A DNA stretch of 64,000 bases, taken from assembly GCA_051362555.1 (NCBI GenBank), contig CM120640.1:68736788-68800787 (forward strand), in the 5' to 3' direction. Below are positions 13,601 to 26,835 of the stretch, piece by piece. The translations under genes and the position numbers were made by a program. The stretch is from Lingula anatina (lineage: Eukaryota > Animalia > Brachiopoda). Position 1 is the first letter of the stretch. Each line of letters begins with the position of its first letter. Below the pieces are notes generated by a model. That model was not told the origin of the DNA and searched no databases. It worked only from the letters and a program-made list of their open reading frames with translations.

Positions 13601-15693
13601 AAATTGCACGTTTGAAATCAAACCAATAAACAGTGAGCAATGATTATGCCCTGTCATAATCCGTCCATCACTACATAGACACTTCATGTTAATTTTCAGT
13701 GATTTTGTGATATCCGTGTAGTTCTAATAATTGTTAACTTATTAAAAGTATATTTACAAACGGAATAAACAGGTTGCCAGGTTATGTCTCAATCAATCGC
13801 CAAGGAACGAAGAGAATTTTCATAATTCTTTACACGTCAATAATATACAGTACATTTATATGAAGTCCGCCAGAAAACCGTAAATATTTAAATTTGGTTC
13901 TGTAAATTCCTTAAGGTTAAGCACTGGATAATGATGAAAATTACTCGGGATGGAGGAGATATGAAATAGCGTTTATTCAGCTGTAATTCAAGGTTTAGTG
14001 AAAGCTACTGTTGCTTGAAGTAAATTCTCAATATACCCCTTTTTGCCATCAGCCGTGTATTTTATATAAAAAACTATGCACATATTTTTTCCTTGTTTTA
14101 TGCCCTTGAAGCATCCGTCCAGTGTCAACTTTGAGGTTCGTTGTGCGTTTTATCTTAAAACCATGGTAATAATACAAAGTGTTTACGATAATATCACGTC
14201 CATGAATTAATTAAAAATTCAATATTCAGACCAAATGTGGACTGTACATTAGATTGTTCGCTGTGCCTGTTTTGTTTACTCCGCCCATGGATATACCTTT
14301 ATACTGGAAGACAATGTTCTGTTTAAGAAGAATCTCAACCCGAAGCATTGTCAACAATCATTCTCATAGTATGTTTGAAAAATTGACTGTTTTTGCTGAA
14401 CCAACCAATCAATGTGTGATATTTGAGATTGATATAAAAAGTGACTACAATGGCATCATAATGTATTTGATGAATGGTAAACTGTGAAGACGCATGCATA
14501 TGTATGTTGTTATACCAATGCCAGTTTTATGTTGCTCTTTACATATTTTATAATGAATGTTACTGAATATAATAAATGTGTATTTTTATTGAAATAATCT
14601 TTTATTTTTAATACTTATCTCTTCTCTCGAATTGTCTTTTTTTAACGAATTATAAAAAAATGACATGCATTAAGATTAGAGTAGAAAACTCCAAGCACAA
14701 ATAAAATTGAAGATTTGAGAACTGTAATATAATTACGCAGAGTTAGGGGCAAATGTAAATGTAAACCATATATCAAATAATTTCGAGATAACATGCAATT
14801 TGAAAAAAAAAATCATTATCATTAGGCCTATTATGTTGTAGATTTTTTACCTATCAATTACTCATCATTTTTTTTTTGTCAAAATCTTAAATTCTGCTAT
14901 TTCATCACTTTTCGCAATTAAGTCATTATTGAAAATATCTTCAAAAAATTTTAACTCCGCATTGTTTGATGGACTGTTTAATGCCATTCAATTTTAAAAT
15001 TATCAAATGGTTTGGAGCCAAAGGTCCGAAAAAAGTTTCTTTTCAATATGCTATTTTGTGATGCGCTGAAAATAAAATACATTATCCCCATTTGTTGGTT
15101 GACATTTGTTCAGTTCTTTTTTTGTGTGTGTAACTGATGAGTTGACGTTAATGTTTAGTTTCCTGTCAGACACGGTGTGCGCCGCCATGTATCTTATGTT
15201 ACACAGCACTTGTATTCACGGAATTGCACAGGTAAGTGTAATGGATACTAAACGCAAAGTCGATCACGCTTCTCTGCGTTTAGTTCATCGGATCGATGAG
15301 TGGGGTTTTCATTTCGATTAACTGACATTAAACATTGATGGAGTTGCCTTGGCGTCCTGTCAGGGGTGTTTACACGACACACTGAAAGCCTTGATGACTG
15401 CTTTTGTTTAAGGATGGGGACGGGACAATCGATAACATCTAAATGACAATTGGTGTAGGTTATGAAATATTTAATTTTCTGACACTGTGACAATACTTCG
15501 GTTCGATATTCACTTTCACTGCGGGATATTTGCGTCGACTCCATCAAACGGAACGCCATTACGAAGATGCTGACGCTGTCAGCGGCGATGACAGATGAAA
15601 TCGGCCAGTGAGTTCTGTATATGAATTTAGTAAGTGCAGACTGTTAAAATAATTGGACGATAAGTCGTGCTGTTTAGTTGAAGTGGAAAAAAA

Positions 15694-16368
15694 ATGTCTG
15701 AAAAGCCCCACACTGCCGAGTCCAAACTTCTGGAGGAGGAAGATGACAAGAAGCAAAAGAAGGGAAGCGCCGCCGCTAGATACTGCAAGTTAGTGGTTAA
15801 ATACACTTTCTCCCACGTCGGGCTGATCATCATGGTGATTCTGTACAGCGTGGCTGGCGGATTTCTCTTTCAAAGCCTCGAGGAACCAAACGAACTGGAC
15901 GAATGCAAAGTCTCAGAGGCCTCGTACCAAGTCATCGAGAATGCCACTTTGAACAAAATGTGGGAAATCACCAATACAATAACCAATGACAATAAAGACC
16001 AAATCGTAGAACTTTTCACAGAGCTAATGAGGAACTACAGCGTAGATACCATAGACAATGGCCACGAACCGACTAAAGTGTGTAATATGTTGGGGAAGGA
16101 AGACCCTGTGTCGGGGCAGGTGGATTACCAGTACAACTGGAACTGGCCCAACGCTTTCCTCTTTGCTCTGACAATTGTATCAACCATTGGTAAGTGGCTA
16201 CCACACATATCTAGCCATACCCCTATTCTGAATGCATTTCACTTGCTTGATATCATAATTGTTTCTTGCTGCAGGTTTGTTTTACTAATTTAGATCCCAC
16301 ACTGTTAAATCGTGTTGTTATCGTTGTCTCGTTTACGTGTTTTAATGGTAAAAGTAATCTTTTTTTCT

Positions 16369-16405
<37 letters not shown>

Positions 16406-17605
16406 AAGCATTCTTTTTTACCAATTCCCTCTCAGGTTACGGTCACATATCCCCAAACACGATGTGGGGCCAGCTAGCCACCATAGCGTATGCTCTGCTA
16501 GGCATTCCCCTCATGTTGATCTGCCTTGCCAACATCGGGGACGTCATGGCCGACATCTTCAGGTGGATCTACTCTAACGTCTGCTGCTGTGGATGCTGTA
16601 AAAAGAAACAAGAAAAGGTGAGAAGCTCAATTTTTATTTTTAGACATGATGTCCAATTTCACACATACAGAATATTGAACGTGTTTTTGATGCAGCGATG
16701 CTACGTTTTATATTGCGGTTGGCCAAGTGACCGTAAAGTAGTTTTGAGATTTAAGCCCATTTTTAACATTTAAAACCTGACATAAATCTTAACATCAATC
16801 AATTAAACGCATAAATCAGACTACAAAAGCAAAGGCTTTTCTAGGAACCCGAAGATGAGAAATTGGCTAAGAATGGAGCGTGGCGGACGGACGCCTCGGG
16901 GAAGCCAATACCCCCGGGCTCGGCCGATAATGAAGAGAGTGATGACGAAGATGAAGAAGATGAAGATGAGAAGATCACCGTCCCCCTGACCATTACAATG
17001 ATAGTGATTGCAGTCTGGATTGTGTTCGGAGCCGCACTTTTTGGTAGGACATATACATATTCATTATTTTCTGGAAAGCTTGTATTTTCTTTAAAAAATA
17101 GAAAAAAAAACTGATTCTGTGTAATATTAAGAATTTAACACATCTGTTCGTTCAGGTTGAAGAAAATCGTTTGTGTTGTGTTATACGGTGTGAACCCCAC
17201 GTGCACTGGAAATATTCTTTTTAAAGCGTTTCCTGCTGTGTAAATAGGCTCCACTTCTTGTTCTTTATACGACACGAGAACAACATTTGCACATAACCGG
17301 TGTGATTCGTTATTTCAGATGCATGGGAGAAAGACTGGTCATTTCTGGAAGCCAGCTATTTCTGCTTCATCACCCTGACGACCATTGGGTTCGGGGACTA
17401 CGTGCCCGGAGTGGAAAACCTGGGGACGTCTGAAGGCCAGATTCAGATGATAATCGCCTGGCTGTACATCGTGTTCGGGATGGCTCTCGTCGCCATGTGT
17501 TTCACTTTGATGCAGGATGAAATTGTGGCGAAATTTGCGTGGATTGCAGAGAAGATTGGCCTGGCCGGCGAGGATGAAGATGCCGACGGAAAAAAAGAGA
17601 ACTGA
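15694..17605 (+). CDS. K2P potassium channel, paralog C; exons 15694-16189, 16436-16617, 16845-17043, 17319-17605
   Basis: FSHVGLIIMVILYSVAGGFLFQSLE, TIVSTIG|YGHISP and YFCFITLTTIGFGDYVP; same four-exon layout. Confidence 0.94.
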
Positions 17606-20216
17606 GAGAATATTGAGTAAGACGGGACAATGCTGGCAGCATATTTTTGCTTGACTATTGTATTATAAATATATCATAATCTCGTACGCCAAACTGGAAG
17701 GCGGGATGGTTCCAGTTTTGTACATTAGAAACACGCGTCAGGGACATTTCTTTCGGACAGACTTAACCGAATGTTTTGACGTGTGTTTTAATTTAGAAAC
17801 ATTATTCTAAAACAAAAACACCATTACCGACGCAAAGGTGTGAAATTTGCCTGGCCAAATGAATTAATTCATAGCCACAGTTTGTCACTATCCGTGTTCA
17901 GTGAGAGTCCAGTTACTCTTAATTGATATTTGAAATCCACCTCTCTGTGATTCAAGTCTGATAACATGGCATGTTACTAGCCGTTGGTAACCGAATCAGA
18001 AACTCTGCAGAACTGTGATAACAGAAAGCATTCTTATGCAAATAACTGTGCCTCTTGTGTGGCGTATTAATCAGTCACGGTCTGGTTGTGGACCAGTTTT
18101 CTGTCACGTTTTAAGTTCGTTTTAGTTGGTTTTAGGTCCCCTTCAAAAAAACCTATCTGAATAACTATCAAACAAACGGGAAACGCGATTGTTTCCTTTT
18201 TCAATGGGAGGCGCCCAACTTGTTTTGTCTGAATAAATATATCAGGAAAGTGGCGATCAATATCCACTGTAGGAAAAGATTGATGAGGAATTGCTGGTTT
18301 TGTTTCCAAATGTAGCGATAGTCTTTCTTGCCTCTTTATGCTGAATATTCTTAAGATTTTAAATGCATGTTCATTTCAAGTAACAATACGTGTATAGATA
18401 TTAAATGGAATTGATGTTTGAGTTGATACGTAAATATAATAATTAATTCATCACTCCTGAATAGGAATTTTCGTTGTGTATCAAATTATCATTGGTTTTT
18501 ATTATTTTTAATTCTGGAGGGAAAATAATAGCTTTGATCTGTAAGATTATACGTCGCACTGCAGTTTCAAGTGTGTGAGTGTGTGTGTGTGTGTTTTGTA
18601 TTAGAGAAAAATCAAACATTCATATTCTGATAAACAAGTTGCATCAATCAAAAATTATCCCCGACAGACAAAACCTCCGCCGTAGAGAATAGCACTTGGA
18701 GTCGTTACACTAAACAACAGAAGTCGGAATAGAAGTTTTTTGAAACTTTTTAAGACCGAAATTTTCTGTAAGTATTAGTGGTATTACACGTAGTGGTCCT
18801 TAAAACTAAGGGGTTTTTGTTTGACATTTACATTTTAAATTGTCTTCTTCTTTTAAAAGAGTGAAGACAGACTGGTCTGAAGTTGCTTTGTGAAACGGGG
18901 TTCAGCGCCTATCTATATTATATTTGAAATAGTGCTTAAGTGCAATCTACATGTTGACCAAATTGTAATAATAAAAAATTTTCACATAGGCCTACTTTTT
19001 AAAACTTCAATTGACAAAAACGGTGACAGCCACTTTGTGCGATATTTTCTCTGCTCGGAAGACGCCCATTGATTAGTGCAATGAAGGATCGATGGCGGCT
19101 ATTGTTGCCGCGACATTTCGTGCAATCGTAGATGCTTTGTTTACTGCGTTGTACAATTTCCGAGTCAATAAAGTCAGCCTCAGCGTCAAAAGGAAAAAAT
19201 CGTTCAGTTAAAAACAAAGACATCGCATAGTAACTGTGTGAACGATCATTTTCAGCTTTCGAAACATTTTCCGTACAACATCCATACAACATCCGTGTCC
19301 CAAATTAAAGCTAGAGGGTTCTAAGAGCTTTTTTGTTTGAATATAGTCATATATATATACGCCTTTTTTATAATTTGGGTTATGGTTCATGAGGCATTAG
19401 CACTCCAAAACTAAAACAACATTACTTCCGAGTCAAAAGATCCTAGTCTGAACTAATGGCAATTTTTTAAGAAAGAAAATCCGGATTCTGAATAAAATGT
19501 CGTGTGTAACTACTCTATTTCGACATAATACGTGGTATACCCCAACATGTGCACCCACACACCAAACACATCTCTTGATCTAATTCCACGATTATAAAAA
19601 TGTTAATGTTGACTCGGTCACGCATCAAAAATATCGTTGAACAATATTCATTTATTATATTTTCGTCACGTTTCTTTATAAAAGTGAACTTTAATACAAA
19701 ACGAAACTAAAATACAGTATTGCCTTTGTCGCCGCATCTAGGAGTTAAAAAACGCGCACACGCACACTACTAAAAATAGTCTAAAAGAGACTCCTGCGAG
19801 TTTCTATAAAATGCATGACATATAGCCTAATTCGCGTCATATATAAAGTAGTGCATAGCACCGACATATTTGTGAGTAATGTGGCTTTGTTTCTCTTCAA
19901 GTGCCTGCTAGTCTCTCTGTATACATAAATTACTTCATAAATACTGAACCAGTTCAACAACTACAGGACGAAGAGTACATTTCCGTGAGCAATTCTGAAA
20001 AACTTGGAAACATTGCTGTAGGGGTTGCGACAGAAAGGGCGGACCCATTCCGTCTTCAAAATGTTCATGAAAATGATTTTGTTCTGCGTATTCAAGACTT
20101 CTGAGTGGAAGAGGACGATTGACCTTCATAACTGGCCTCCTTCGTCTTAATATACTTCAATGGTCGCAAAATAAATATAAACATACATATTCTTGAATAA
20201 ATTACTGAACAATGGT

Positions 20217-23200
20217 TTATAAAAGTAAAACCACCACTGCAATCGCAGATACCAATGTCCAATGGGCACATATTTGGTTGCCGTTTCCGACATATTCGCT
20301 TCCTACGTATACGGTCCTGTTGAAGAGTTCTATGACATTGCCCAGCGTACTCAGACTGCACATATAATTTCCCTTGTCTGAGGAGCCTGAAAGGCGAAAC
20401 AAACAAACAAAAAATCATGTAGTTATCTGTACTAATAAGTGCTTACCCACTGTTTACAGCTAGAGCAATAAAAATGCTTCATTTAAAGAAATACAGTGAG
20501 GTAAGACAAATGTCGTCATATAAAAAAGTAAATAGAAGGAAAATAAATGAAACTGATGTTATAACGTTTAAAACCATTAAAAGCGATCTTTCTAACAGTT
20601 AAAAATTCAATTAAAAAAAAACAACCACCTTAGAAGTGACCCCACACAACGAAGTCTCAACTAACACAATTCTAATTAAACCTACTTGGATCATATATAG
20701 TTATATAATTTTCATTGCCGCTCATTTCCAGTTTTCCCTTTTCGTCGCTGCTGGAAATCTCTCTGCCATCTTTGAACCAGCGCAGCATAGCGTAGGCCCA
20801 GTTTGGAATGCCGTACACATTGCACCGAATTTTCAAAGCCACTGTACCGTCAGGAATGGGAGACCCTACTTTCATGACTTCAGGTTTTACTGAAACAGGC
20901 AATTTTGCAATTATGATCTTGGGGCACCAATTAGTTAACAATTAACTTATCATCTATTTCCATATATTCAGACAACTGCTATTAGAAGTAATCTTTTCTG
21001 CTCACTCTTACCAGTGCGTAGATAAAACTGAATTTGATTTTACACATGTGTGACGAAGTTGTCTTTATCTTTTGCTGTTACACGGGATAGTAAATGCAAC
21101 TCTTTTATATTTTTATTGTTAGTAATTGACAGCCATGAGTGAATAAGGAGCGGAGAGTGTTTTGTAAAGGAACTGAGATGGTTGACATGCTCTTGTAATA
21201 CTTATGACTGTCAATTACCAACATTACACATCTAAGAAATAAATGAAGTAATAAAGAAATGCAATCAATATTACGTTTTATCTTATTTCAGAGAAGTAAT
21301 ACGTATATCGTTCTAGATATGCTACTTACTATCAATCACAGTCACTTTTCTAATAAACATATCTTCATATATATCTTTACATGAGTAACTCCCGGTTTGG
21401 TTGAGGTCGACATTTCTCCACTCCAGCTGGAGTTTCGTCCTGCCTTTGGGGTGGGTCGCGGGATACCCTTGGGTTGAAAGGACGGAAGGGTTTTCTTGTC
21501 CTACCCTGATGACCTCATTATCATGTAACCACTAGAATAATTGAAAAATATGCTAGCAAAACTATTACAGTCTACATTTCAGCAATTAAGTACAGAGGTC
21601 TCGATTTACACAATCGCAATACATAAGAGATTATTTAAACTTAAAAGACTTTCGGAGAATAAGCAAAAAAAAAAAAAAAAAGAGTCAAAATGTTTATATT
21701 TAAAATGACACTTAGATCTCCTTACCTCCAGAGTAAAATCGTTTTCTCTCCGGCTCCAGCACTCTAAGTCAAGGGTGTCCCCAGCCAGCAGATACCGTCT
21801 CCCAGACCCCGGGTTATTGCTCACACCTGTTATTGTGACTGAAATTTGAAATATAATCATGACATATCGAAACAGTTTTAATTTTAGAAGTACTGTGCAG
21901 GGGTCGTGGTCGCAATTTTTTTAATTAATCTGCGACAAAGTGTATATTAATCATCAACCCATTCTCTCGCGGCTTAAAAAAGATAAAAAAGTTGCGATTT
22001 TGCGAATAGACCCTTTTGTATAGGACTGTTTCAAACCCACTGGTTAGTTGTTTACTCCAACTTTATATAAAACTTTCATACGACTTTATCTGTAGCATTT
22101 TACATTTTTCTGGATTTAATTTTTCGTGGTTTTCTATGATAATTTCACTGTTCAGTGCTGCTGTTACAGTTGAAAAAAATATTGTTAGCATTGTACACTC
22201 TGTGAATCATAATGCAGTATCAGAATAATGTTTTAATCATTCTTTTAAAATTAGCAATTTGCAGTCAGGTAACCTCTGTGACTGAAGGTGGTTGATGGGA
22301 ATTCAGATAACAAGGCTATAATTTGCTGATAAGAGGGGAAACAGACAGAATTTCCTTAGTCATTTATTCGAGTGTACGAGGTGTTGACTTCGGGAACGCT
22401 TTGAAATAGGTGTCGCATGATGCTTCTTTGTATTTTAAGACCTCAATACCTTAAATGTAAAGTGGGAAGGTATATTTATAATGGCACATATCAAACAATC
22501 GCACCACTGTGTGAAACTGGGTGTCATGAATTATCATAAATCTTCTACTACACGCATACATATCGTCTGTTGATTATTTAACACTCATCCAGATGTGGGA
22601 AATGAAAAGGTTGACCCCGGCATGAAAATCAGTGTAAAGTCAACAATGCACCGTCCTTGAATCTGTATATCTGCCTTTATTCACATTCCAGTGGAATTAC
22701 AGAAGAAAGTCTATATATAATACATATAAAAACAAGCACTGGACAAAGAAAATCGATACATATCAGTTTTAGTTTCATGCTACTAGTAGGTCTGGTCAAG
22801 GAGTTATATACTAGTACTACCGGTAGCACAACTCTTTGGTCTGGTGCACCATCATGCTTTATTTTGTAAGAGAACCATCTCATAAAATAAACACAAGGGA
22901 TGAATTAAATTTGTCAAGCTTTCATTTCCCACATCTTATAAACCAGGGACTAGTTTGGGCAATTTGGCGACAACCAAAGGTGTTAAAGTCTTCTCTGGTG
23001 GGACGCAGTGCACTGTCTTAATTTAAAAAAATTCTCACCACACAATGAAGGACAGCAAGGACCACATACTAAACTTCCTCTGAAAACACAGGCATATCAA
23101 ACCTCTATATTTCTACCTCTCTATACTTCTAAAGTACTATACGGAACACTCACCTGTTGTCGTTAACGATAATTGGGTCACCAGTATAACAACTACGTGT

Positions 23201-23256
23201 AATAGAAGCACACACTTTTTACAAAGATCCTGATTCAAAATGCGTTGGTCCGCCAT
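20217..23256 (-). CDS. Secreted two-Ig-domain protein with C-terminal hydrophobic tail (putative GPI anchor); exons 23154-23256, 21726-21838, 21330-21531, 20686-20889, 20217-20386
   Basis: Signal-like VLLLHVVVILVTQLSLT. Ig1 has LDLEC-W, LEW and QTGSYSC; Ig2 has LKIRC, LRWFKDG and DKGNYMC. Ends WTLVSAIAVVVLLL-stop. Exon phases consistent. Confidence 0.85.
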
Positions 23257-23869
23257 TACTGGTATTTGCCGCTTATATTATCCGAAAACATCACCGATTT
23301 AGGGAAAAGTCCCTTTAAGGTAACAACAACCTCGAGTACAATGTAAGACTGGCCCAGAATCAAAACAATAGACACAGGTAACAAGCAGGTGAGAAATATC
23401 AAATATAGGTCACGACTCAATTTACATGACAAACACACGCAGCAGTTGAGTGAGTCTGCGGCGCGACGACAAAACGAACATTTGAAAAATTTTACACCCT
23501 TTTTATTTTTATTTATAAATTTACCACTGCAAGGTAGTATTTAAAGTATACATGTTGCGCCCATCAATCACATCTGGTGATCAATCGCAAAAGTCCAGGA
23601 AGAAGAATAGAAACAAAATCTTAAGGTAACAAGTATGTGGGTCAATTGGGCCAGGGTATACCTTTGTCACAATAAAAAAAACAATATTTCACCAGGTACT
23701 TAACGCAGGTAAATCCTCATAACACCTAGTGCCGAGACTTTACTGTATATGTCCATATCATTGGGAAAACTGTGCGTGTCCTTCCTTGCATCTTGCAGTA
23801 TGTCGTTAAAGGCATTCCGCCCGCGTTTGGTTTTCCCAACATGTAATGTTTTATTATTTCTGTTGGGTT

Positions 23870-23945
23870 TTTCATTAAATTCACTGTTATTTCTTTCGTC
23901 TTCTTAAGATTAAGTTCAAAGTGGTTTTCCAAGCACCATGAAACT
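23870..23945 (-). mobile_element. Short fragment of a non-LTR retrotransposon (LINE) reverse-transcriptase C-terminal region
   Basis: Translates WCLENHFELNLKKTKEITVN, matching the W-C-x-x-N-x-L-x-L-N-x-x-K-T-K motif after the RT core of CR1/L2/Rex-type LINEs. Flanks are not coding. Confidence 0.55.
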
Positions 23946-25217
23946 TGATTCTGTTAATCAGACCCAGAAGTACTTCAGGGTAGCGCAGGTAGCACAATGT
24001 ATCCTCTACCAGGGCCGCAGCTATTATTGTGGACATTTCTGGCTGAAGCGTCAGTTACAACTTGAGCATCAAAGTTAGGGTTGTACTGTGCATCTGCGGA
24101 AGGAGCCAGTAGTTCTTCGTCATCGGGAACTTTAAATTTAATACCATGGACATAAGTAAAATTCAGAATTGTGGCTCATTTTTTGATGTAATAAATTTTT
24201 CGTTTCCACATACATTTTAGTCAATTTGGCCGATATATTGGTATCAACTACACCACGCGGTCGTAGGTTATTTGGTCTTTGTACCAAAATTGGGCAATGG
24301 ACGGCTTAAAATTTGTAAAGATTATCAATTAATTTTAGCCCAAGTTCGTTTCAGTTAGAATTGGTGAATTATTTTATAATTTTTGTAAAACCACTTTTCC
24401 CAAAACTCAAATGTATCTGTCGGAGATACATTTTACACAGAATAAAAAAGGCTTTGCACTTGGAATTACATTTTCCCCATATGAAACATTAAGATATGGT
24501 ACACTGGACATGGTATCAATAGTCAGATATAACAAATGTCATCATATACGTACATCTCTCCTTTAATATATGAAAGAAAAAGCAGTTGTAAAAATCAAGA
24601 TATAAATAAATTGACCCATTTATTCACAACTGACAAAAGAAGATACATAAATGTCATAAATTTAAACTAAGGGAAATTTAGAATTCTAGTTTCTTCTGTT
24701 TAAATTAACTACATAGGACACATCTGTTACAAAATACAATGGAACAGAGATCACGTCATAGACGGCACTTAATATCGCAAATTCTTTTTTATAGATAGGA
24801 GACCCATTTAACATCATGGAAACAATTATACAAAGTTCAAGATGGTGCAAATCAAAGTATTTTCATTTGTGTCCCGTTCTCTTGTTATGTACCCCTCTCC
24901 GGGTAGGCCTATATAATGTACACGCCCTCTTCCCTACTGCCCATTCAATTGAAACAATCGATCGGGTGTTCTTGCTGTCTACTTCTTGTCATTCTGTTTA
25001 TCTAAAATAGACAATTACAAAACAAGCACATTTACCCTAAGTCAAAAGTACCAGAAAGGTCCTTTTCAATCATTTATGCAGTTTCAAAAAAAGTAAGTCG
25101 AAAAATAAAAATATTTTAATTTTTTTTTGGAACAATTAAAAAAATTTCATGATTTAGTTCTTTTCGCTTCGATTTCTATCCACTGAACTTATATCCCACT
25201 CATCTGTTGACCATTAA

Positions 25218-25385
25218 CAGGCCCGTAGCCAGCAATTTCAAAGGGGGGGTTCTTTTTCTGAAAAAGTGGACCTTTTACCATATAATCCCCATGTACCTAG
25301 GTCAAATTTTACCCAGAGTGGACCTTTTTCCAGCAAAAAGGGGGGTTCTTTCGAACCCCCCGAACCCCCCCTGGCTACGGGCCTG
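25218..25385. mobile_element. 168-bp MITE (hAT-like CAGG termini) in the 3'UTR intron of saposin gene 1
   Basis: 15-bp TIRs CAGGCCCGTAGCCAG / CTGGCTACGGGCCTG, with ATTAA directly repeated on both flanks (25213-25217, 25386-25390). Confidence 0.85.
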
Positions 25386-25644
25386 ATTAAGGAATCAAAT
25401 CGACCAAATCGGCTGTGCTGATGTATGGAGAACATACTAAACACTTAAAACCTACACACGAATACAACAGAGGGCCGTAAGATGGGCCATTTCAGCACAC
25501 TTCGGCACAATCGGGTCTGCTTTTTCACAGACAACAGTCGGAGCAAAATTACTTACAGAAAATACCCTTGCCCCTTTCGAGACACTGTCCTTAACAAAGT
25601 TATTGAAGGTGAAGTTAATACTTACAAGAAATCACTAAATGATA

Positions 25645-25675
<31 letters not shown>

Positions 25676-25738
25676 AACCCAACCTTTATAAAGATTTCCA
25701 TTATATATTTAATTGAACCATACCTAATCTGTTTTACC

Positions 25739-26835
25739 TTAGCAAAGCCCCAACTCAGAGCAAAGATTCTGTGGGCTAACTTGACTATTAAGGAGATCGA
25801 TAATTGAGTCACCATACTGTGTCACAAGGGTGTTACACTCCGACCTATATAAGCTTGGCACCACATTACAGACTTTATCCACAGCAGCGATAATTTCTGC
25901 CTGTATAAAAGTTATTTAAAGAAATTAAAGTAAACGAAAAGATGATTAAATAACAATTTATCAAAAACGTAAATACCACTATTCTAATGGAGGAGAATAC
26001 AAAAACGCAAAATTATAAATGAATGAATACAAACTTGCCTCAGAGGAATTAACATCAAGCATATCATCCAATGCTTCTGCAGCAAATTCACACACTACGC
26101 ACGAAACCTGACGCTTCAGTTTCTTTGCGTGTTGCACCTCAGAGAGCTGATGAAGGAGATCATCGTCTAAAGATTTAGCTGCAAAACAAAATGTATCAAA
26201 CTGCAAGTCCATGAAGATAAGAGTGAAGAAGTTTGGCTAATTTATTGCAAAAAAAAAAAAAAAATGAAATTTGGAAAAAGTTTAAGTAAATTAAGGAATC
26301 GTCAGAAGACGCTGTTTTTGATAAGTACTGTCTGGGGAGTCAGATGAGAGCCGTTTTATGCGACCAATAACCAGGTTGGTGCAAGGATAAATGTCTGATA
26401 AGCATGGTAGTTAAGTATGTTATCTGAAAACTTTCGGTGTAAGGTCTCAAAGTAACCCCACCTCCATACTATTTCTATCTGTATAGTTCTTCAAACAGTT
26501 TCGGTGACTTGAATAAATGACAGGTTGCAAAATGCGTTGCAGTAACAACTCTAATAACAGCTGCAAAACTAAGTTTATTGCACACCAATCACGAGTCGAA
26601 GAATTAACTCAATAAACAGGCCCTATATTCCCTAACATGCTACGAAAATTCATGCATTAGCACGCCCACACAATGTATACCTGCAGTATGTACGGTTTCA
26701 GATACCCACAGTTTTTCCTTCTAAGTACGTGTAGGCCTACTCTCCTTTGGTTCAGTAAAAGATAAGTCCAAATGCTTACTTACCATACACGACAAAGAAG
26801 AACGCAGCTAACAACACTACTAGTTTCTGCATCAT
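25739..26835 (-). CDS. Small secreted single saposin-B-domain protein (saposin gene 1); exons 26784-26835, 26039-26178 (GC donor), 25739-25900; non-coding last exon from about 25001
   Basis: MMQKLVVLLAAFFFVVYA-KSLDDDLLHQLSEVQHAKKLKR-QVSCVVCEF...VDKVCNVVPSLYRSECNTLVTQYGDSIIDLL...PQNLCSELGLC*: signal peptide, dibasic site and six Cys in saposin spacing with the conserved YG. Confidence 0.9.

Noticed and set aside
13340-13687. Gly-rich and Pro-rich ORFs overlapping the K2P-B end
   Set aside because: Alternate-frame readings of the GGA repeat.
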